Below are positions 1 through 9,642 of a stretch of 64,000 nucleotides of DNA, in pieces. Under the pieces are notes generated by a model, which was not told where the DNA came from, ran no database searches, and saw only the letters and a list, made by a program, of their open reading frames with translations. The DNA lies in assembly GCA_902492995.1 (NCBI GenBank), contig CABUNR010000002.1:22561-86560 (forward strand), given 5' to 3'. The position numbers and the translations under genes are program-made. Every line of letters begins with the position of its first letter. The stretch's first letter is position 1. The stretch comes from an uncultured Bacillota bacterium. GTDB taxonomy: Bacteria > Bacillota_I > Bacilli_A > RF39 > UBA660.

Positions 1-470
1 AAAAAGCATTAGATGCATATAATATTTTAAAAACACCTTGTTTTGTAGCCGATACAGGATTTTATATAGATAACTATCCTAATAATCCGGGATATCCTGG
101 AGCATTTGTTAAAAGAAGTGGAATTAGTTCAGATATAGATGGATTACTTGAAACGATGAAAAATCAAAGTAATAGAACATGTAAATTTGTTGATTGCCTA
201 ACCTTTTACGATGGTAATGAATTTTATACATTTTATGGAATAAGCAGTGGGACATTAGCGTTTAGTAAAAAAGGTGATTCAATTAAAAGAGCAAAATCAA
301 ATCTCTGGTATGTATTTATACCAAACAATTGTGATAAAACTCTAGCAGAAATGTCTGATGAAGAAAGAAAAAGTAGAAATGATGGTCATACATCAGCAAC
401 TGTGCTATTTGCTGAATGGTACAAAAATACTTATTTAAAACAAAATATAAAAAAATTAGCATTATCATAA
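1..470 (+). CDS. Ham1/ITPase-family (non-canonical purine NTP pyrophosphatase-like) protein, 5' end outside the window
   Basis: The frame of the 156..470 ORF stays open back to base 3 (KALDAYNILKTPCFVADTGFYIDNYPNNPGYPGAFVKR...). The pattern around DTGFYID..PGYPGAF and the C-terminal TLAEMSDEERKSRNDGHTSAT resemble the Ham1/RdgB DSGL..GAPG and AEL..EEKN.ISHR motifs. Confidence 0.4.
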   Translation, partial: KALDAYNILKTPCFVADTGFYIDNYPNNPGYPGAFVKRSGISSDIDGLLETMKNQSNRTCKFVDCLTFYDGNEFYTFYGISSGTLAFSKKGDSIKRAKSNLWYVFIPNNCDKTLAEMSDEERKSRNDGHTSATVLFAEWYKNTYLKQNIKKLALS

Positions 471-844
471 TATTGTTAATAAATTTAAATAATTAAATTT
501 GATTCGACATTAAGTAGAAATTAAATATCTAGATTATTTAAAGATAATCTTAGTATACACATTATTTATATATAATATATTATTATAAAAGCTGTACAAC
601 TGGATGGTATAACATACTGATTATTATCTAATAGCATAAGTAAATTAGAACAATTATTTATCCAATGGAAATATTAATGACATTCATCAAATTTCAATAA
701 CTTGTGGTAGTTTATTAAGAATTATATAAAAAAGGTAAACAAAAAGGTTTATCTTTTTCTTATAGCAGTATTAATAAAGAAAAAATAACAAACTGGAATT
801 ATTGTACATAAATATGTTATAATGCCTTATAAGGAAGTGATTAT

Positions 845-2599
845 ATGAAATATAACTGGGATCTTTCTTTATTGTGTAATGATGAAATTTGGAAAGAAAA
901 ATATACTGAATTAAATAAAAATATTAATAAAGTTAATAATAAAATTGAAAGTTTTCTAGACAATGTTGATTCATTTTTGAAATTTATAAATGAATACATT
1001 AAAGTCAATGAAGAAATAGAAGTTATTTATTGTTATCCTAGAAGAAACTTAGATATAGATTTGAATAATGAAAAATATAAAGAAATGTTTAATGAAGCAC
1101 TAGAATTATATCAAAAAATATTAAAATTAATAAATGATTTTGAAAATAAATTAATGGATAATTATGAAATAGTTAATGAATATTTAGAAGATGAAAAATG
1201 TTTATTTCATAAAAGATATATATCTTTAATATTACGTAGAAAAAAACATATATTAAAAGATGAAAATTATAAATTAAATTATGAAAATAAGCGACAAGAT
1301 ATTAAAAATAAATATCAATCTTTATTTAATAATGAATTTGAACTAGAACAATTATCCCTTGGAGACAAAGTCGTTAATGTAAATAGATTTAATTACAATG
1401 ATTTAATGCTGGATAAGAATCAAAATCATCGTAAAATTATATTTGATGCTTATACTAAGGAATATGAAAAATATAATAAGATAATAGCTGATTTATATAT
1501 AAGTAAATTAAGAAACGATATAGATTTATCAAAAGCAGAAAAATATGATTGTTTATTATCCAAAAAATTATTTGAATTAGAATTGGATAATGATATAGTT
1601 GAAAAACTTATCGAAAAAGTAAATAAAAATTTATACATTATGCATAATTCTGTAAAACTTAAAAAAGAAATTTTAGGATTAGATAAAATACATTTTTATG
1701 ATTCTTCATTATCTTTATGCTCTATTCCTAAAATAGAATATAATATAGAAGATGCAATTCAATTAATAAAAAATAGCTTAAATATTTTAGGAGAAGAACG
1801 CATTCAAATTATTGATAAAATGTTTAATGAAGGTTGGGTAGATGTTTTCCCTAAAAAAGATAAAAAAAGTAGTTCATGTACAAGTATATCTTATTTTGGT
1901 GCTCCATATATACTAAGTAATTTTAATGGCTCAATTAATTCTATTAGAACATTAATACATGAAATTGGACATGCATTTAATGTTTATTATTCAAAACAAC
2001 AAAATGATTTTGAATATTTTGAATTTAGTTACTTTTTAACAGAAATAGCCTCTAAAGTAAATGAGTTATTATTTAACGAATATATGATAAATAATTGTAA
2101 ATCACAAGAAGAAAAAATATATATTTTGAGTAATATTGTTGGAAGTTTAATAAATTCTTTATTTGGTCAAGTTATGCTTACTGAATTTGAAGATAAAATT
2201 GTAAAAAAAATAGAAAATAATGAAACCATAAATAATGAAGATTTAAATGATATATATCTAAATATCAGTAAAAAATATAATGGTGATGAAATGGTTTATG
2301 AAGATAACATTAAATATGGTTGGAGTAAAATTCAACATTATGTTATGCAAGATAGCTATTATTTATATCAATATTCAATAGGAGCAGCAATAGCATGTAA
2401 TATTTCTAGAAGAATTTTAAATAATGAACCTGGTATTTTAAATAAATATATTAAGTTTTTATCAGCAGGTAATAGTGTTACTATAAAAGAAACATTAGCT
2501 TATGTTGATATTGATTTGAATAATGAAAAATATATTGACGATGCTTTTATGATGCTTAATAAAAGTATAGAAGAATTAAGAAAATTAAAAGTTAAATAA
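845..2599 (+). CDS. pepF: Oligoendopeptidase F (M3B metallopeptidase)
   Basis: 584 aa with an HEIGHAF zinc-binding HExxH motif; size and overall pattern typical of PepF. RBS aggaag upstream. Confidence 0.8.
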   Translation: MKYNWDLSLLCNDEIWKEKYTELNKNINKVNNKIESFLDNVDSFLKFINEYIKVNEEIEVIYCYPRRNLDIDLNNEKYKEMFNEALELYQKILKLINDFENKLMDNYEIVNEYLEDEKCLFHKRYISLILRRKKHILKDENYKLNYENKRQDIKNKYQSLFNNEFELEQLSLGDKVVNVNRFNYNDLMLDKNQNHRKIIFDAYTKEYEKYNKIIADLYISKLRNDIDLSKAEKYDCLLSKKLFELELDNDIVEKLIEKVNKNLYIMHNSVKLKKEILGLDKIHFYDSSLSLCSIPKIEYNIEDAIQLIKNSLNILGEERIQIIDKMFNEGWVDVFPKKDKKSSSCTSISYFGAPYILSNFNGSINSIRTLIHEIGHAFNVYYSKQQNDFEYFEFSYFLTEIASKVNELLFNEYMINNCKSQEEKIYILSNIVGSLINSLFGQVMLTEFEDKIVKKIENNETINNEDLNDIYLNISKKYNGDEMVYEDNIKYGWSKIQHYVMQDSYYLYQYSIGAAIACNISRRILNNEPGILNKYIKFLSAGNSVTIKETLAYVDIDLNNEKYIDDAFMMLNKSIEELRKLKVK

Positions 2600-2713
2600 A
2601 ATATTATTATTAGAAAATTACAATTAGAAAATAAATATTTAATACTGTTATATACTAAAAATAGTTTCTTAAAAAAAATAAATATGATATACTAAATACA
2701 TCGGAGGTTTTAT

Positions 2714-3148
2714 ATGAGTATAGTGTATGAAAAAGCAAAGCAATTCAAAAAAAAATATCCACTTACAATTGCATGGAGATTAAAAAAACATTCTAAAATA
2801 ATAGATCTGCATTTAAATCCTGGAGAAGAAGTAAAGTATGTATTTGCATGTCAAAAAAATGATAATCCTATTGATATAATTACAACATATGTAGTTGCTC
2901 TTACTAATAAAAGAATTTTACTTGGTCAAAAAAGATTATTGTTTGGATATTTCTTTACAGCAATTACCCCAGATATGTTTAATGATTTAGAAGTTAAAAT
3001 GGGAATAGTATGGGGAAAAATAATAATTGATACAGTAAAAGAAACAGTTTATTTATCAAATATAGAACGTGATGCTTTAGATGAAATAGAAACAAACATA
3101 ACTGAATATATGATGAAAGAAAAACAAAAATATGTTAATAATCATTAA
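2714..3148 (+). CDS. Hypothetical small protein, possibly bacterial PH-domain-like
   Basis: 144-aa ORF with RBS ggaggt; no recognisable catalytic motif. Confidence 0.3.
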   Translation: MSIVYEKAKQFKKKYPLTIAWRLKKHSKIIDLHLNPGEEVKYVFACQKNDNPIDIITTYVVALTNKRILLGQKRLLFGYFFTAITPDMFNDLEVKMGIVWGKIIIDTVKETVYLSNIERDALDEIETNITEYMMKEKQKYVNNH

Positions 3149-3163
3149 TATATTTTATATCCA

Positions 3164-3190
3164 AAAAATGGCATTTAATGCCATTTTTAA
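3164..3190. terminator. Bidirectional rho-independent terminator between convergent genes
   Basis: Perfect hairpin aaaatggcatt-taat-gccatttt flanked by A and T runs. Confidence 0.6.
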
Positions 3191-3212
3191 TTTAATATTG
3201 AAAAAATAATAT

Positions 3213-3848
3213 TTATTTAACTTCTTTTACTTTACAATTATCAAATTCAAAGATTTTGTTAGAAAGTTCATTTATATCTTCTTTTATATGTGATGAAATA
3301 ATAATTATTTTTCCCTTTTCTTTTTCTTCAAGTAATAATTTTTTAATCTTATTAACAGATTCATAATCAATACCATTAAATGGTTCATCTAAAATAATTA
3401 TTTTGGGATTTTCCATTAATACTTGTGCTATACCAAGTTTTTGTTTCATTCCTAAAGAATATTTATAATATTTTTTATCTTTTTCCTCATATAAACCAAC
3501 ATTTTTTAAAGATCTTTCAATTTCTTCTTTAGTAATAATTTTTTTAATATTAGCTATTAATTCTAAATTCTTATATCCGCTTAATGTTGGAATAAATTGG
3601 GGTCTTTCTATTAGACATCTTGTTGAAGGCGGAACAACTATATCTTTATTTAAAATTTTATCATCATATATAATTTGACCTGCTGTTGGAACTATAAATC
3701 CACAAATTAGCTTTAATAAAAGTGATTTACCACTACCATTTCTACCAATAAACCCATAAATGTTACCATCTTCAAATTCTATATTTACATCCTCTAAAAT
3801 AATATTTTTTTTATATTCTTTTTTTATATTTTTTAAAACTATTTTCAT
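3213..3848 (-). CDS. ABC transporter ATP-binding protein (short, single NBD)
   Basis: Walker A GRNGSGKS, signature-like YSLGMKQKL, Walker B IIILDEPFNGID. Confidence 0.8.
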   Translation of the reverse strand: MKIVLKNIKKEYKKNIILEDVNIEFEDGNIYGFIGRNGSGKSLLLKLICGFIVPTAGQIIYDDKILNKDIVVPPSTRCLIERPQFIPTLSGYKNLELIANIKKIITKEEIERSLKNVGLYEEKDKKYYKYSLGMKQKLGIAQVLMENPKIIILDEPFNGIDYESVNKIKKLLLEEKEKGKIIIISSHIKEDINELSNKIFEFDNCKVKEVK

Positions 3849-3852
3849 ATTA

Positions 3853-4512
3853 TCAACCTTTCAAATCTCCAAATTTAATTTTTTTAGAATATAAATTTAA
3901 TGCATAATTAGCAATTATATTAACTATTAATAACAATCTAATATCAATATTATATAAATTGATATTAAAACTAAAACTACAAAGTACAGTTATTGCAATT
4001 ATAAGGCAAATAAACCAATTTTTTTTATACATAATTATAACAGCATATATACAAGTAATCAAAAGTTCTAACAATATTATTCTTTTTATTATAATAATAT
4101 AAAATGATAAATTTATATCTCTAAAGAAAAATATAAAACTAAAAATTAAAGAATTAAAAATAAATATATATATATAATTAAAAATTAATTTATAAAAAAT
4201 CCATTTTTGAAAATTAATTCTAGTAAATAAATTTTCAAAATTTACATAATCTTTATAAAACAATGAGATAGAAAAATAAATATATATTCCATTATTAAAA
4301 ATTAAAAAACTCATATATAAAATATCTCTAAAATTTTGTGGTATGTTTATATTATAGCAAAAAATATTATTTAAAAAATAATCAAATGTTTCTAATGTAT
4401 AAATATTTCTACCAAATAAAAAATATAAAAACAGGAACAAAAAATATATACAAACCAATTTACATTTTTTTGTTATAATATAGTTTAAATCGTTTAAAAT
4501 AAAATATTTCAT
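3853..4512 (-). CDS. ABC-2-type transporter permease (multi-TM)
   Basis: Highly hydrophobic 219-aa protein immediately downstream of the ATPase; a 4-bp overlap with the next gene (start 4509..4512) indicates an operon. Confidence 0.5.
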   Translation of the reverse strand: MKYFILNDLNYIITKKCKLVCIYFLFLFLYFLFGRNIYTLETFDYFLNNIFCYNINIPQNFRDILYMSFLIFNNGIYIYFSISLFYKDYVNFENLFTRINFQKWIFYKLIFNYIYIFIFNSLIFSFIFFFRDINLSFYIIIIKRIILLELLITCIYAVIIMYKKNWFICLIIAITVLCSFSFNINLYNIDIRLLLIVNIIANYALNLYSKKIKFGDLKG

Positions 4513-5414
4513 TTTTCTAACTCATTTAATATTTTTTCTTTATTTTTGTATGTTAAGTAAACAATAAAAGTTGATCCCATACTTAATAATAATGAAATTA
4601 AAACCATACCACTTAAGGATACATCCGTATACGCCCATATATTAGTTAAATTAAAATATAACATGTATTTTGTATTTGCAAATATAATTCCAACAAATAC
4701 TAATTCAAATATTAAAAAAATCATAATATATTCAATGTATGAAATTATAATATTAATGATAATATTTTTATTATGACTACAATTTAATATAGAAATATTA
4801 ATCCAAAAAATACTATGTAATGCAAAATTTAATAAATAAATTGGAATGAATATATACCATATTTGATAATTATTTACCCCATAAGCATCAAATCCATATT
4901 TTGCAATACCATAAGTATAATCAAAATTTCTTGATAAAATTAAAGAAATAATAAAAATTATAAATAAAAAGCCTGGAATAATTAATGCTCCTTTTATAGC
5001 ATTTAAATATAAGTTTTTTATACTTTTTTTATAACCAATTCTTGAAATTGAATTAACTAAATAACCTTTTCTTAAATATTTATGAAAATTCCATGTTGAT
5101 GCAATTATTACTAATAATGGTGCAAGTAGCTGTAAGCAATAAATTGTATCATAAACTATAGTAATATAGCCAAATGTTGATAGAGTATCTCTATTTTTTA
5201 ATGTGTCATAGTGATTATTACATAATATTTTATTATCATCATTTTCTTTACATTTTTCATATATTTCATTATAATTGTTTTTAAATTGAATATCATCTTT
5301 TATGTAGTTTTTTATGGAGATTATTCCTAAAATTAAAAGAATTATACAAACAATGAAAAACGCTTTATTATTTTTAAGTCTATCTATCATTATATTACCT
5401 CCATTTATACTCAC
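4509..5414 (-). CDS. ABC-2-type transporter permease (multi-TM)
   Basis: 301 aa with several predicted TM helices; first gene of the three-gene operon. The architecture resembles lantibiotic-immunity FEG-type exporters. Confidence 0.5.
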   Translation of the reverse strand: MSINGGNIMIDRLKNNKAFFIVCIILLILGIISIKNYIKDDIQFKNNYNEIYEKCKENDDNKILCNNHYDTLKNRDTLSTFGYITIVYDTIYCLQLLAPLLVIIASTWNFHKYLRKGYLVNSISRIGYKKSIKNLYLNAIKGALIIPGFLFIIFIISLILSRNFDYTYGIAKYGFDAYGVNNYQIWYIFIPIYLLNFALHSIFWINISILNCSHNKNIIINIIISYIEYIMIFLIFELVFVGIIFANTKYMLYFNLTNIWAYTDVSLSGMVLISLLLSMGSTFIVYLTYKNKEKILNELEK

Positions 5415-5620
5415 TTCTATTTAATAGTATCATAGCATTTTTAATTTTTCAATTATTTAATGTTTTTTTCTTTCACTATTTATACAATATAAATGATAAA
5501 ATAAAAAAATTTATTCATTATATTTCAAACTGTATTTTTTTCATGTATTAAGTCGCATTTTTTATCTTTTCATTTAGTAAAAAAAATGATATAATTATTA
5601 AAATAAGAAGGGTGATAATT

Positions 5621-6286
5621 ATGGAAATTGATGTAATAACAGCAAGCGAAAATCTAAAAGGGGAAAAAATAAGATATATTAATTATAATAATCAAAATTA
5701 TTTAATTTTTTCATTAAAAGAAGTAGATATAGAAGGATATGAAAAATTATATATTAATAAAATAGTAAATGAAAATGAGGAATTAATTGATGATGTTGAA
5801 TGGGAAGAAATAAAAAAAATGATTCCTGTTATGGTAAAAGAAATTAAAACAAATGAAATAATAAGTTTTAACGATTTAGAAATAAATAAAATTAAAAGTG
5901 TAAATTTAGATTATTCAAGACCTTTTAAAATAAAGGCTAGTATAGTTGATGAAATAAAAAAAGAAGAAATTATACCAAATAATATGGAAGAAATAAAAGA
6001 AGAAGACAAAGAAGAATATTTAGAAGCTTTAGATATAGATGATTTTTTAAATAATTATGATGAAGAAATAAGGAAAAATGAAGAAGAACTAAATAAAGTT
6101 GAAGTTCCAATTAGACCAGATTTTGATAATAATATAATTAATACTGAAAAAAATGATATAAATGAAGAATTAGAAAGAGAAAAAAATAAAATAATTGAAC
6201 TACAAAAAGAAATAGAAGAATTAAAAGCAGAAAATAGTAATTATAAAGATAAATTAGAAAGAATAAAAATTATGTTAGAAGCATAA
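5621..6286 (+). CDS. Hypothetical acidic coiled-coil protein
   Basis: The ORF track starts at GTG 5612; ATG 5621 with an upstream RBS aagggtg is the more plausible start. E/K-rich with a C-terminal heptad-like region. Confidence 0.4.
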   Translation: MEIDVITASENLKGEKIRYINYNNQNYLIFSLKEVDIEGYEKLYINKIVNENEELIDDVEWEEIKKMIPVMVKEIKTNEIISFNDLEINKIKSVNLDYSRPFKIKASIVDEIKKEEIIPNNMEEIKEEDKEEYLEALDIDDFLNNYDEEIRKNEEELNKVEVPIRPDFDNNIINTEKNDINEELEREKNKIIELQKEIEELKAENSNYKDKLERIKIMLEA

Positions 6287-6312
6287 TTTTTTTATTATAT
6301 AAATATAATTAG

Positions 6313-7233
6313 ATGAGGCTGATATATATGAAAAATGCCCTTAGTTATTATTATAATTTAAATCCTGATGATATATATCAAAAAGATAACACATATAAAT
6401 TTATTTATGAAAATAATTATTATACTTTAATAGAACTAGAAATGGATATTAAATATTTATTAGATATATATAATATGAGTATAGAACTAAATAGAAATGG
6501 AATATATACGCATCAAATAGTAATAAACAATCAAAATAGTATAGAAACTTATATAAATGATAATATATATGTTTTATTAAAAACATATGGAAAAATGGAT
6601 GAAATAGTAAAATTAGAAGATATAATAAATTTTTCTCAAATGACAAGTAACTTAGATTTAAATATAAAAATTAAAAGAGATAATTGGTATCAATTATGGA
6701 TGAATAAAATGGACTATTTTGAATATCAAATAAGTCAGTTTGGAAAAAAATATCCCTTACTTAGGGAAAGTTTTAGTTATTTTGAAGGAATAGTAGAAAC
6801 AGGAATATCATTATTAGCAATTACCAAAATAGATAAAAATCTTTCTTGTATAAGTCATAATAGAATTAAAAAGAAAGATACATTGTTTGATTTTTATAAT
6901 CCATTTAACTTTATAATAGATGTTAAGGTAAGAGATATAGTAGAATATATAAAAGAAATGATGATGAGTGATGATTCAATTTTTTTAATAGAACAATATT
7001 TAAAAAACGTAAAGCTTAGTGAGACTGAATATAGATTATTTTTTATAAGATTATTATATCCATCTTTTTATTTTGATATATATGAAAAAATATTAGATGG
7101 TAAAGTAGAAGAAGAAGAAATAACAAAAGCAATAAAACAAATACCACAATACGAAAAAGTAATTAAATTAACATATACATATATTAGAAATATTGGTGCA
7201 ATAGATGAAATTGAGTGGATAAAAAAAATGTAA
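6313..7233 (+). CDS. Hypothetical protein, possibly a degenerate CotS/YutH-like kinase-fold spore coat protein
   Basis: 306 aa; weak resemblance to the CotS family and no intact HGD catalytic motif. Alternative start at ATG 6328 has a better RBS. Confidence 0.3.
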   Translation: MRLIYMKNALSYYYNLNPDDIYQKDNTYKFIYENNYYTLIELEMDIKYLLDIYNMSIELNRNGIYTHQIVINNQNSIETYINDNIYVLLKTYGKMDEIVKLEDIINFSQMTSNLDLNIKIKRDNWYQLWMNKMDYFEYQISQFGKKYPLLRESFSYFEGIVETGISLLAITKIDKNLSCISHNRIKKKDTLFDFYNPFNFIIDVKVRDIVEYIKEMMMSDDSIFLIEQYLKNVKLSETEYRLFFIRLLYPSFYFDIYEKILDGKVEEEEITKAIKQIPQYEKVIKLTYTYIRNIGAIDEIEWIKKM

Positions 7234-7464
7234 TTATATTACATTTATTACTTCTTTAATAGTAGGTATTTCTTCTTTTAATGCTTCTTCAATACCATCT
7301 TTAAGGGTTAAATCAAGCATTTCACAATTTGAACAAGCCCCCATCATTTTTATATAAACAATATCATTTTCGTATTTAACAAATTCAATATTACCGCCAT
7401 CATTAATAAGAAATGGTCTTAAATTATCAATAATATCAATTATTTTTTCTTCTGTCTCTTTCAT
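7234..7464 (-). CDS. NifU-like (Nfu-type) Fe-S cluster assembly domain protein
   Basis: 76 aa; NDGGNIEFV...GACSNCEMLDLTLKDGIE matches the NifU C-terminal domain CxxC pattern. Confidence 0.8.
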   Translation of the reverse strand: MKETEEKIIDIIDNLRPFLINDGGNIEFVKYENDIVYIKMMGACSNCEMLDLTLKDGIEEALKEEIPTIKEVINVI

Positions 7465-7559
7465 AAAATCACCGATTATTATTATAATATATTTGCTAAA
7501 ATTAGTAAACCCTTTTTATTTATAAAATTTTGTGATATAATTTAAAAAGAGGTGTTTCT

Positions 7560-7913
7560 ATGAAAGATGAAAATTTGCTAAAAGGAATAGTAACAGGAAT
7601 AGAAAAATATGGTATTTTTGTTAAGATAGATGAAGAAAGAAGTGGACTTGTACATATATCTGAAATTTCAAATAAATATGTAAGAAATCCAGCTGATTTT
7701 GCAAATGTAGGAGAAGAAATAACCGTTCAAGTTATTGGAAACAATAATGATGGCAATTTAAAACTAAGTATAAAAAATATAAATAGAAAAAAAAGAAAAA
7801 GAAAAATAATAGAAACATCACTAGGTTTTAAGACTTTAAACTACAAATTACCAATATGGATAGAAGAAAATTTAAAAAATCATAAAAATAATTCAATTTC
7901 TATTGACAAATGA
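7560..7913 (+). CDS. S1 RNA-binding domain protein (general stress protein 13/YabR-like)
   Basis: GIVTGIEKYGIFVKIDEERSGLVHISEIS...GEEITVQVIG is a typical S1 fold signature, followed by a K/R-rich tail. Confidence 0.7.
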   Translation: MKDENLLKGIVTGIEKYGIFVKIDEERSGLVHISEISNKYVRNPADFANVGEEITVQVIGNNNDGNLKLSIKNINRKKRKRKIIETSLGFKTLNYKLPIWIEENLKNHKNNSISIDK

Positions 7914-7945
7914 TCTTTTAACTGGTATATTTAATTATGTCGAAT

Positions 7946-8022
7946 GGGCGATTAGCTCAGTTGGTTAGAGCACCTGCCTTACAAGCAGGGGGTCATAGGT
8001 TCGAGTCCTATATCGCCCACCA
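7946..8022 (+). tRNA. tRNA-Val (anticodon TAC), CCA encoded
   Basis: Cloverleaf read by eye: acceptor gggcgat/atcgccc, anticodon loop cTTACAa, T-loop GGTTCGAGTCC. Confidence 0.8.
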
Positions 8023-8023
8023 T

Positions 8024-8099
8024 GCCGAAATGGCGCAACTGGTAGCGCAACTGACTTGTAATCAGTAGGTTGCGGGTTCGATTCCTGCTTTCGGCACCA
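8024..8099 (+). tRNA. tRNA-Thr (anticodon TGT), CCA encoded
   Basis: Acceptor gccgaaa/tttcggc, anticodon stem actga/tcagt with loop cTTGTAa, T-loop GGTTCGATTCC. Confidence 0.75.
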
Positions 8100-8104
8100 T
8101 TTTT

Positions 8105-8188
8105 GGAGGGGTAGCGAAGTGGTCAAACGCGGCAGACTGTAAATCTGTTCCTTCGGGTTCGATGGTTCAAATCCATCTCCCTCCACCA
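8105..8188 (+). tRNA. tRNA-Tyr (anticodon GTA), long variable arm, CCA encoded
   Basis: Acceptor ggagggg/tccctcc, anticodon loop cTGTAAa, variable arm and T-loop GGTTCAAATCC. Confidence 0.75.
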
Positions 8189-8200
8189 CTTTAGTTTTAT

Positions 8201-8276
8201 TGCCTCGTAGCCAAGCGGTAAGGCACCACACTTTGACTGTGGCATTTCGCTAGTTCGAATCTAGCCGAGGCAGCCA
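8201..8276 (+). tRNA. tRNA-Gln (anticodon TTG), CCA encoded
   Basis: U1:A72 acceptor tgcctcg/cgaggca, anticodon stem ccaca/tgtgg with loop cTTTGAc; same architecture as bacterial tRNA-Gln. Confidence 0.75.
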
Positions 8277-8293
8277 TTTTACTTTAACTATAT

Positions 8294-8369
8294 GTCCTGT
8301 TAGCTCAGTAGGTAGAGCATCTGACTTTTAATCAGAGGGTCACAGATTCGAGTTCTGTACAGGACACCA
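8294..8369 (+). tRNA. tRNA-Lys (anticodon TTT), CCA encoded
   Basis: Acceptor gtcctgt/acaggac, anticodon loop cTTTTAa, T-loop GATTCGAGTTC. Confidence 0.8.
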
Positions 8370-8380
8370 TTTAGAAATTA

Positions 8381-8407
8381 AAACCTTTGTAAAAAGGTTT
8401 TTTTTAT
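8381..8407 (+). terminator. Rho-independent terminator of the tRNA cluster
   Basis: Hairpin aaaccttt-gtaa-aaaggttt followed by a run of 8 T. Confidence 0.7.
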
Positions 8408-8446
8408 ACAAAAATATACAAAAAAATAAAGCATATAGCTTTATTT
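8408..8446 (-). terminator. Rho-independent terminator for minus-strand gene 8441..9544
   Basis: Hairpin aaataaagc-atata-gctttattt overlapping the stop codon; T-rich tract on the minus strand downstream. Confidence 0.5.
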
Positions 8447-9544
8447 TATAATATATGGATTATCTTCAGTACCATCACCGCTATTATATAATGCATCAGC
8501 AGATATCGTAATAACAAATTGTGGTTGTGCATCATACTCTGCGTTACTAGAATATACATAATTTGAAATTTTATATACTTCATATGTATTTTTAGAATTT
8601 GCAGTTAGTGTCCAAGTGTTTGGTAAATTAGCTAAATAATTATAATTAGTACATTGATTATCAAATATGTTTTTACAAGTTGGTTCTAGACTTGAAAGAA
8701 CATATTCGTTAACTTGTAATAAACCAAGTGGCTCATTATCAAGTTTTTTAGAACATTCAATTGAACCATCATTAATATTTGTTTTTTCACTTCTTGCACC
8801 AATACAAAGTGATTGTGGAACAATTAAAGCTTTTTCTTCTTTTTTAAATGTTTTATCATCTTCAAAATATTCTTTTAAAGTTTCTCTTACTCTACTTATT
8901 GAATAATCATTTTTACCAGAAGTGTTTTCAGTTTCATTATTATATCTATTATCCCATACAGTCATATCAATATTATCAACTAAAATCATTCTAATTGTAT
9001 TATCATTATTAATCTTAATAATTTGATATTTTTTTCCTGCAAAACTTGCATAATTTTTTAAAGTTTCACCTCTATATAAGTAATAGTCATTAACTTTATA
9101 TAATCCATCACCAGAAGTAGTAACAGGATTATCACTTAATATTTTTTTGTATAAAAGATTAGTTTCATATGAATCACTACATTTTATAATTGGTTGATAT
9201 AAGTAGTAACCATTGTTATTACTAACATTAACATTACCCTCGCAAGTTAAACCTTTATCAAGTAATTTATCAAGACTTTTTAAATTACCATTTTTAACTA
9301 ATTCGTCAATAGAAATTGAAACTTTATTACCACTTGTTTTAGGCAATTTGTCAGGATATTTTTCATAGTACTTTATTGCAGCGTTTTTTAACCTATTTTC
9401 AAATTGATGAGATCCAATTCTACTTCCAACCATTATTTTTAAAATAATTAATAAAAGGATTAATAAGATAATAGATCCACCACCAACTCCTAGATATAAT
9501 TTGGTTTTTTTATCCATATTCTTAAAATTAAAATTTTTAAACAT
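8441..9544 (-). CDS. Membrane-anchored exported protein of unknown function (paralog of 34903..36096)
   Basis: N-terminal TM (GGGSIILLILLLIIL) followed by a 330-aa extracytoplasmic region ending ...SGDGTEDNPYIIK. It shares this C-terminal SG(D/N)G..NPY(I/V) motif and overall architecture with ORF 34903..36096. Confidence 0.5.
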   Translation of the reverse strand: MFKNFNFKNMDKKTKLYLGVGGGSIILLILLLIILKIMVGSRIGSHQFENRLKNAAIKYYEKYPDKLPKTSGNKVSISIDELVKNGNLKSLDKLLDKGLTCEGNVNVSNNNGYYLYQPIIKCSDSYETNLLYKKILSDNPVTTSGDGLYKVNDYYLYRGETLKNYASFAGKKYQIIKINNDNTIRMILVDNIDMTVWDNRYNNETENTSGKNDYSISRVRETLKEYFEDDKTFKKEEKALIVPQSLCIGARSEKTNINDGSIECSKKLDNEPLGLLQVNEYVLSSLEPTCKNIFDNQCTNYNYLANLPNTWTLTANSKNTYEVYKISNYVYSSNAEYDAQPQFVITISADALYNSGDGTEDNPYIIK

Positions 9545-9642
9545 AATATTCCTCCAATTAAATTAATTATAACAAAAAAAATATATTAATTCAATTATTT
9601 TCATATTAATGATAAATTTACATAATATTTATTGGTGATTAA

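Noticed and set aside
1450-1638. Small minus-strand ORFs inside pepF, ligA (13304..13498), pflB (18288..18560), pncB (27525..27782) and spmA (33966..34316)
   Set aside because: They are internal antisense ORFs within well-supported genes.
3213-5414. ABC transporter operon as part of a bacteriocin or lantibiotic locus
   Set aside because: No precursor peptide, modification enzyme or regulator is visible in the flanking 3 kb. Only the FEG-like architecture is suggestive.
7965-8231. 88-aa minus-strand ORF
   Set aside because: It lies entirely over the tRNA-Val/Thr/Tyr/Gln genes; its translation (RTRTYDPLLVRQVL...) is the antisense reading of tRNA sequence.
8667-8906. 79-aa plus-strand ORF
   Set aside because: It is embedded antisense within the 8441..9544 gene and has no RBS.
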